A stretch of DNA of 64,000 nt from Ruditapes philippinarum. Its lineage: Eukaryota. A program made the position numbers and the translations under genes. Positions 55,160-64,000 of the stretch are shown piece by piece (within the stretch, counting starts at the first letter, position 1; every line of letters begins with the position of its first letter). The stretch lies in contig NW_026864613.1 in the NCBI RefSeq assembly GCF_026571515.1, positions 62,001 through 126,000 of the forward strand, written 5' to 3'. The notes under the pieces were generated by a model. The model searched no databases. It saw only the letters and a program-made list of their open reading frames with translations, and was not told the DNA's origin.

Positions 55160-56063
55160 AATATTGATCACTTTACACCTAACGTTACATTTTGAACCTG
55201 ATGATTTATTAGTTTCTTTTCTTCGTCATACTATTATCTAATTCTTTACTCAAACAAAGACCTTTTTGCAAATGTCATTTTCTCCTGGAATAAGGATCTT
55301 ACAGGCAGATGAATTTTCGTTATGTGTAAATGACGCTTGTAGACACTATATTTCTGCCGCTGAGTTTTACCTGTATATTTACATGTATGAATATATAAAA
55401 TACAAGCAGTTGATAAGATCTTTCAAAATGAGTTATATATTTATTGTTTTAATATCTACTTATGATGGAATGTATATTGTTTAAAGTAAATAAAAGGAGA
55501 AATCCTGAAACAATAACTAGCATAAGTCTCTGGAATTATCAATGGATTAAGTTTAAAAAATGCATCGTTACAGTTATGATACCTTAAAGTCAAATATTCA
55601 CATAATGAAAAATAAAATCACCTATTAAAAGCAAATTATTGTTCTCACAACCAATGCCATACCTTTTTAACGCTAATCAAGGGCATCATTTTCTGTCTTT
55701 ATTTGAATCTTAAAGCACAACATTGTGAGGAGCAAAAACCAAAACTATTGCATAACAATGCAATTTCTGAATTCATTGGTAATCTAATTCCCCGACAGAG
55801 CTATTCTGGATGAATATTTAGGAATAAATTTATTTATCCACAAAAGGTCGTTTATAACTTAATTATGGATAAAGTATTTTATATTACATGTTCATGGAAT
55901 TAATATTAAGTTTGATTATTAAGATTTGTTAAATATTGCTGACTAAGCATGTAAATGTTATTCCATCAAAGTAATTATCAGCAAGGCTAGTATAACTTAT
56001 TATTTTGAATATTCTTCCAATGACTTGATTTACATTGTTAGAGTACAAACAAAAACAAACTTA

Positions 56064-56112
56064 AATAATAAAAATAAATGAATAAATAAATAAATATATA
56101 AATAAATAAATA
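56064..56112. repeat. (AAAT)n simple repeat
   Basis: Imperfect aaataaataaata tract. Confidence 0.7.
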
Positions 56113-58800
56113 CTTGACGAAACGCATAATTAGATGTAAGTCTATGCTATGTAATTTACATTTCATTCAAATATACAACAGAACAACTTGAAACACTTCA
56201 GCATTTTGCAATGGTTTACACACAATTCCTTGAGCTTATACTTATGTTTCTGTTCGTTTATAGTTTTGTCTGGTAACAACAACAAAAAAGCATTACAAAT
56301 AATTCAAACAATAAGTTATATATTAAAAATACATATATTTATCATTGTATTGGATATTTTATATCAGACATACTGTACACTTTAAAAAATCTGAATTAAA
56401 AGAAAATTGAATAAATAACAAAAATATTTGATTTATATAGTGATAAAAATGACTTTGAGATTGCACACAGAACAGTTAAAGCTGTGTTTGTTTTGTTTTT
56501 AATTAGCAGAGAAGTATTTTAAGAAAGGTGGTGCATTTCGCTTTTCGTCTGAATATCAAACGTACAGAGGAGAAAAACAGCTATCTTTTATTCCATTTAT
56601 ATTGCATGGTTAACGGTATCGCATATATCGCTGAAAACAGGTTTATTAACCTTTTTAAACAAAAATAGATATTATCAATCAAAAAAGAGAAAAAATAGCT
56701 TCTATTGATTTAACTATAAAGTTCGATAGCTTTAGATGCCTGGTTGTACTCATTGTATTATTTATTAATGGAGGAAAACTACGCACGCGATCAAGTGAAC
56801 TCCTAATCATTCTCTTTCCTGAAAACGCAAGCTTTCTCACCTTTTTCCAATTTTATCAAAGCTCTCTAATATTTCGCTTAAAATATAACTGGTACTTATT
56901 TCACATAAACTGCTAAATTATGAAAATACTGGGAGTTCGTCTATTTAGGATATTTAGGGCTTTTAAAGAAAGCATTAAGTTAATTAATTGGTATTCTTAT
57001 TATATGTGAAAACAGTTTAGTTTTCTATGAAACAATTTGATAATTTATTTAACATAGCAAATGTTATGAATCCTTCCTAGTGTGTCAGGAAACGTTTGGC
57101 GAATGTAACAAATTTAAAACAATATATTCAAAACATCAAGCATATACGCATGTATCATCAATAATAAATAAATGATCCTAAGACACTTCACACACTTCCT
57201 TTCTTTTGACAGACTAAGGAAATGTATTTGAATGTATTATTACACAAAACTTAACACGCTATGAGGCGTCGGATGCTACGTCAATAAACCAAATGAAATT
57301 ATGAAAATTACATCTGTGCTCAATGAAGTTCACCATCGATTGCAAGAACACGCTAAAATAATACATATTCTCTTAATGAAGATTCAAATCATACAATAAC
57401 ATAACATTTCATCATTTTTTCTAATTCATGTGATTAAAGTTATATGAATATATTGTAAAAAATGCATCAACCCCTAATGACATGCACTCACTTATATTGG
57501 TTTCTTTTAAAATGCAAGGAATAAAACTTTTACCTGTTCTCAATGTAAAAACTCCACAGGACAGTAATGCAATTGTTTACTTTTAACAACTACTGTATTA
57601 AATTATGGCATGCAATTACTTTAAAAAATCAATTTATGTGCTCAGTCTTCCCAGTGACATTGATAAAGTCATTGTAAAAAAAATACGTGAATGTAATTGA
57701 TTTTATTTATTCATGGGACACAGTTTATTAGTTATGGACAACCTGGTACTATTCAGACATTAGAGTATGTTGCATTTGTATGTTGTTTAGCTTTGTTAAT
57801 TTGAGTACTTAACCAACCTTGATGAACCATCGACAAATAAACATTTCGCACCTATATTTCTGAAAACTTCAAAGGATGAGTCAATTGAAATTAAAGATGT
57901 AACAAAACTGAAGCAAACATATCGTTATAGAAATAAAACAATAAAATTAAATGTGGCTTAGTGCAAAGTAATTATTTCTTCTGGTACGATACAGTGTTAG
58001 CAGTAGTTTAATTGAATGACAAACGAAAGTGATTGTTTCCGATCACAGACGATTGATTGCTCCGCATGATTATTATAAATACACCCAGGCATTTTTCTGC
58101 TTTATAGATATTTCACAAATTGATTTTTAATTTGACTTTTAATTAACTCTATGGAGATGGTAGATTTACAGAAAGTCGGCACTGGCACCGTATTAACCGA
58201 GTTTAAACTCAAAATTTTAATTGCGATGGCAATGCTTGCAACATTTTGATTTTTTTCGTGTAAAATTGTGAAAATCGTTAAATTATTATAAAATTTTCTA
58301 CACATACGTCCGTATACTTAACTAAACATAGTATACAATCATGAATCTATACAACATATGTCAACTTTTATCAGTATCATCTATGTTTTTAAACTCGAAT
58401 ACTACTTTTAAAAAATATAATTTCATATCTTTTAACGATATAATATGTCCATGTTTTGGTATATGATTTTTATTGCAGACGTATATATGAAAATCTTAGA
58501 AAATCTTATTGAAAATGCCCAACTTAGTATAAAAGACTGCATGAACAATGTTTAAGGAAGCTTTATTTGGAAATGTATATGTGTTTTTTTATCAAATAGA
58601 AGTGCTATACTCCTAATGGAACTTTGTATTCATATTGACTGTGCTTACCTTAAGTATGTAGAGTTTAAAAAAACAACACGTCTTTTTTGTGCTAAACAAA
58701 TTTTTATTTTATAATTAAGAGACTGTAAAGCAATCACCGGTAATTTCAAATATCAATTTTGAGCATATGGTAATTTATCCTTGAATCAAATGCATTAAGA

Positions 58801-59040
58801 TGTTTGTTTGTTCTTGTTTGTTTTGGGGTTTACGTCACACTGACACTCGAATAGGTCATAGCGACGTTCAAACTTTACTGGTGTACCTCAGGTACCCTTA
58901 CATGCATTATTTCAGGCACGAACGGGTCCCTGAGTAGAATCGCCGACGTTTCGTTAGCTAGCTGGATAGTTTCCTCACATGAAAGAATCCAGTTCACATA
59001 GTAGAATGTTCGATCAAGAACACCACTACGCGAGGCGCAC
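58801..59040 (-). mobile_element. Decayed tRNA-derived SINE with (AAAC)n tail
   Basis: tgtttgtttg tail followed by tttacgtcacactgacac...ataggtcata.gcgac...tgcattatttc...gtagaa.c.ccgac.tt.cgt.agc.agctggat...ttcctcacatgaa. This matches a common bivalve SINE body from memory; the head is eroded. Confidence 0.65.
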
Positions 59041-61359
59041 ATCAGTGATTAAAATATATTGCATGAAATTGATGTCATTTTTATTATAATCTTCTCAATT
59101 ACATGATAGCTGGATGAATTACTTAAATATTTGCTATTTTATAACATTTTCGGAACAGTATGGCTGAAAGGGAGGAATGCATTTGTTTTATATTGTTTAA
59201 TGGGTTTAAACACAAAGACGGCAAAACTGAATAAAATTCTAGCGGCCCAAGCTCACGGAAATGCATGAATACTATTCATTGGACAAAGGAATTTGAATTT
59301 TTAGTAAAATGTAACATCACACTCTAACTTTACCGGCTAAATTACAAATATGAATTTTGTCATTACAATATTAACTTTTTCAATACAAATTAAATTAATA
59401 TCCGTATTAAGATTATGGATATTCAATATCAATTTCGCGCCATTCTGATAAACAAGGTGCCTTAAGCCCGATTAGAAGAATAAATGAAGTAATGTATAGA
59501 ACGATCTTTTAACTCGTATGATATTAACATCATTTGTTTATCAAGGTCTTTAATCAGCAGATGATCGATCTTGACACGATTATTGTCTTTTTATTATTAA
59601 GATTCCTACAAAAACAGATTAAGATTAATATGTATTTGTCAATAAATCACTTAAACGATAATTAAATTAGTGAATTACTGTAGCATTTGGTTTCAAAATT
59701 ACTATATGATTAACCGATACTTTTGATTCTTTGTGTTCCGTTACTAAATCAAATAAATAATGCAACGATCTACAATTTCGTATTTTTATCCATAGCATTA
59801 TCCACAAAGATATTTGAATGGTATTTCATTTTTATTTACCAAACCATATCAAGTATGTATTGTTCTTTGTAATAAATTTCTTTTATTCTCATTTTCTAAA
59901 TTAATTTTGAGAGCTTTTTCGTTTTTGTGTGTTCGTATTTTCACCGGTTTAAGCAATAATGCAAACAAGATACAGTTGACGTCAATATGACAACCTCTTC
60001 TGGAGTACTCTTGATATAATTACCACTCATAAACATGTCGATTTTACCTAGCAGTGACATGAAATTTAGTTATAGACTGTACATTCTGTAAATATCAATT
60101 TGAAAGACACAAAGAGACACACACGCTGATATTAAGAGAAAACTCGCGTCTTTACATGGAAATGTAATCAATAAACCATGCCAGTAAATTAAATAAACAC
60201 GCCATTCAAATCCAGGAGAAGAAGAAAATATGAACGGAAATATCAATTTATGACCTTGTTTAATTATAAAAACACGTTCCCTAACATTTATAACGTCAAA
60301 TTGTATAATAACACTTACTAATGCCCTGATTAATATATGAAGAAATATTTTAATCAATGATTGTTATCTGATCTCTCTCAAACAGCAAAATATAAGAAAT
60401 ACCTTAGATGAAGATGGTTCGTTGTAATATATGCACATACCTATTTAAAAAACAAGAACTTTTTATCTCATAACTCATTATCTTTCAATTTATTTCAATT
60501 TAAATCCGTTTATTTTTTTTTTCAATATATGTACATGAGACTGATCATGTTTAGTTTGGTAACGGAAAAATCATTCAGTGCAAGACGTAATATTCATTCA
60601 TAAATTGTAACAACAATGGAGACGATGATGCAATGTAAGCCATAACATAACTTAATTTATCGTTATGGGTGCGTTTGTAACGTTTAAAAACAGAACATCT
60701 AGCTTAATAATGCATTATGATAAGTTTCCAATCGCATTTGATGTCAATTTTTAAAAAATTAGATCTAAAGCATAACTGACTGAGATGATATTACAAGTCT
60801 ATAAAGTCCATGTTAAACAGACCAATTACCTGAAAACATTCCAGAATTACTATACACTTGGGATTGTAGTTTTCAAAATCATACATGGCGATGACAAAGA
60901 CAACAAAAACAACTATAAAACCACACACACAAAAGGCAGATACACACCGATGAATACCAAATATTCAATGATTCAATAACATGATTAAACAAAAAACAGC
61001 TTCTCTATGTTTACCTTACCATAAAACGTAAGAACCTAAGTGCATATCGATACGAAATCAGTAAAGCATTTTATTTCATTTTGTCGGGTTCTAAGTTAAA
61101 CTGATACCATAAGGGTCATATTGCTTTACTGGAATAGAGAATTATTATTCTGTCAGGTATGAATGCTTACCAGAGCAGAACAAGTTAACTGGATAATTTC
61201 CCTGTTTACACTACCATAGTCACTGGATGATACATTAACTATACGTACCCAAGGAGGCCTCTAAAATGCACAATGTCTATCACATAAACAGGTGAATCTA
61301 TTAACATATAATTATCTTAGTAATTTCAGGAGTCAATATTGTGATAATAAATTATAAGT

Positions 61360-61694
61360 AATAGATATACCATTGCTGCGTTGACGATTTCTGGGTTTGC
61401 GTAAATTATACCATAATCACGTGACCTTTCTTATGCCTTAACCTCACGAGACGAAGTCGAGTGAGGTTGCATAAGAAAGGTCACGTGATTATGGTATAAT
61501 TTACGCAAACCCAGAAATCGTCAACGCACCAATGGTGTATCTGTTTTAACCTATAGCTCCGCCCAGAAACACTTACTCCTTCGATTTTCAAAACTGAAAA
61601 TTATACCATAGTCTGGGTATGGTATAATTTACGGTTATTGGAAATTATACTTGGAAGAATTTTACATAAGAAGCGCTGAAGAGCTATAGGTTAA
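61360..61694 (+). mobile_element. Hairpin-dumbbell non-autonomous element (family 4), apparently young
   Basis: Near-perfect ~90-bp stem 61360-61545 with apex ctcaCGAGac-GAA-gtCGAGtgag. Second inverted repeat is ttaacctatagctc (61546-59) / gagctataggttaa (61681-94). Confidence 0.9.
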
Positions 61695-62256
61695 GAGACA
61701 ATAGTGAGCAATTTAAAGTGTCTATTTGCCATTTCTAAATAATAAGGATATATAATTTGAAATAAATAAATATTGGTTACATTGATTTCATAGTATGTTT
61801 GGGTAGGAATGTTTTGAAAGCCTTACAAGAAAATTCACCGCAATCCACCTTAATTGATATACAGTATTGAATAAATGCTACAACATCTGGGAATCAATTT
61901 TTTGAAAACTTGATCAAATCCCATTAAAAAAAACAATAAAAGAAAACTAATACAAACACCCGATTTTATATTAATAAAAGAAATAGAAACAGTAGCGATT
62001 ATGATAATAAATTGAACATTTGTAGATGGCATCAATACTTTATGAGACCAACCTCAATTCAAAATCAAAGCACAGAAGGCGCTGAATTTGTTTGGGTCTC
62101 AGAATGTAAGAAAGTTGCAGGTTGTGAGATTATATGTATAGTGCCACCAATGCTTTCCAGCATTTTAATTGTAGTAATTGGCTATAAGACTAATTTCACA
62201 CTGATATTCAAATCCAATGTTTATTTGACTTTAACAATTTGAAAAAAAATGAGTTA

Positions 62257-62323
62257 CCTTTACTGGGATTTCAACTCCAGACCTCTCGCTTCCTAAGCGA
62301 GCCCGAAAACCCTTCAGCCACGG
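62257..62323 (-). pseudogene. tRNA-Pro(AGG)-derived sequence, degenerate copy
   Basis: Reverse complement ccgtggctgaagggtttt...ctcgc-ttaggaa-gcgag-aggtctggagttgaaatcccagt has a tRNA-Pro-like anticodon arm and a damaged B box. Confidence 0.55.
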
Positions 62324-62732
62324 TGAATTTATATGTGAACAGCCTAAAGAAAACCATATTATTCTAAATTAGGGCTTGTAACGACTTAACTGTTGTTTAA
62401 CACAGATGTAAATTATCCTGGAGCTTACTATAAGCATGTATATTTATAAAGAATCAAAGGGCTGCAAGTTCTGTGGTATTTTCTGATCTTTGCAATCTAA
62501 ATCGTACTGTATATCTGTATGCATTTTCCTGTATAAGTTTATTTTATGTACATGTATTATAATTCATTTTGCAAGGCACCAGAGTTTGATACATACGGAA
62601 TTCTGCATAACTAGAGTTGCATCAAAAAATCATTTATGTTCATTTTTTACGACAGCCACACTTTATCCTTGCATATCATGGCTACTTCCTTAACAAAGAC
62701 ACTTAAAAAAGAATTTAACAAAATAAAAAGTT

Positions 62733-62804
62733 TCCTCGACTGGGATTCGAACTCAAGACCTCTCACTCTCTAAGCGAGCCGCGTTACCACTATACCACGG
62801 ATGA
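62733..62804 (-). pseudogene. tRNA-Pro-derived Pol III cassette (pseudo-tRNA / SINE-type head)
   Basis: Reverse complement ccgtggtatagtggtaacgcggctcgcttagagagtgagaggtcttgagttcgaatcccagtcgagga has an A box and B box GTTCGAATCC, followed by a TTTTT run. The acceptor stem is mismatched, so it is not a functional tRNA. Confidence 0.7.
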
Positions 62805-64000
62805 AGTTATACACGCAAAGTCTGAATAACATCAAGTCATTCTAAATTTAGAACTTTCATTGCATTTCGAGTTTGTAATCCCTTATTAATTTCGAGGTAT
62901 TTTGTTCAGGATAAACTGTTGTTAAAAATTAAAGTAAATTTTAGCGAAAATCTCTCGCCCAAACAGTCCGACATGTAGAATCTATATATTCCACTACTCG
63001 GTTTTGTGTAGTATTCGGTAATCCACATCGCTAAAAATAGTTATTTTCATTGATAAAATCATATTCATCCGCCCGTAATTTGTGATTGTGCATTTATTGA
63101 CAATTCTATAAGCCAACGCTATTGTTTAACTTGAATGCGTTGTAATTTGTTGGATACTTGTAACCAAAATAAAATATTTCTTTCTTTTAAATCGCTAGTT
63201 TTTAGCTGTTTTGAAGAACTACTTGTTGTTAGGTTTGTCGTAAACTTCTGTGTCAGAGATTGAATTTCCGCTTTGTAATTTACTTATTTTTTCGATTCAG
63301 AAAATACAATAAAACAATATTAGAAATCTTCGACCATTCGGAAATCACTTTGCTTGAAAATTAACGCGCCTGTCTTTGACCATCTTTACGCAGTGATCTC
63401 CCCTGAATTTTTCGGCGTTAGTGTACATACAAAAGGGAAGTAACCGTTTCAAAAAAGTGGACTACTTTCGGCATTTGCAATTAACAACATTAGACTCTGA
63501 AATTTCGCTACCATTATTTGTTTGGTCTGACGACCCAAACAAATAAAACAATTAAGCATCAAATAAGTCAGATGCTATCCTTCTGTGTTCCGGCAAATTC
63601 ATTCTCAAAAGTAGGTCAGTTTTATATGTCGTGCGAATGAAAATATTTTTGAGTTGAACATGCTTAACAATGTGATACATGTTGTTCTATTAAAATTAAA
63701 ACAAATATTATCTGTATATTTCCCTACAAAAATAAATTCAAAACTGCGTCGTACGTGAAGGAATGTTTGCTTTCCAATTATATAATATGATTTCGTATGT
63801 ACGATTCTACGATACTTAGATAGAACTTAACCTTTTTTTCTTTAAAAGTTTAAATACTGAATACTGCTTAAGCCGGCACTAGGGGTGGACTGAAGCTTTC
63901 AAAAACAACTAGCGTTCATGAAAAATGAACAACATTTTACCGAAAATTTACTGAAACATTTACTCTGCCTTATGTCATAAATGAATTAATTGAATACGTG

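Noticed and set aside
1323-62693. Remaining 60-120 aa ORFs in the track
   Set aside because: Composition is typical of random AT-rich DNA (F/I/L/K/Y/N-rich), many use non-ATG starts, and none has a recognisable domain.
62733-62804. Functional tRNA-Ser(AGA)
   Set aside because: No long variable arm, mismatched acceptor and T stems, and the body resembles tRNA-Pro.

Overview
AT-rich (roughly 30% GC by eye), essentially non-coding eukaryotic DNA. A bivalve-mollusc-type genome is my inference from recalled SINE/MITE families, not a database result. No ORF in the track is a convincing protein; the longest are artefacts of tandem repeats. The window is a patchwork of non-autonomous mobile DNA: two Sola-like MITEs (4-bp AWWT TSDs), an 886-bp CAC...GTG foldback with a 5-bp TSD (Transib-like), a 1.5-kb TATGG...CCATA element with a 6-bp TSD and internal 42-bp repeats (IS3EU-like), SINE and tRNA-Pro-derived relics, a minimal type I hammerhead ribozyme, several minisatellites and old tandem segmental duplications. 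The most interesting signal is four sequence-unrelated small elements (9.7-11.0 kb array, 11.05 kb, 41.0 kb, 61.4 kb) that share one architecture. Each has a long hairpin with strand-specific tandem G.A mismatches (YGAR/YGAR), in most cases a GNA/GNNA apex, and an internal segment complementary to the joined right+left termini. This suggests mobilisation through a folded single-stranded DNA dumbbell or circle.
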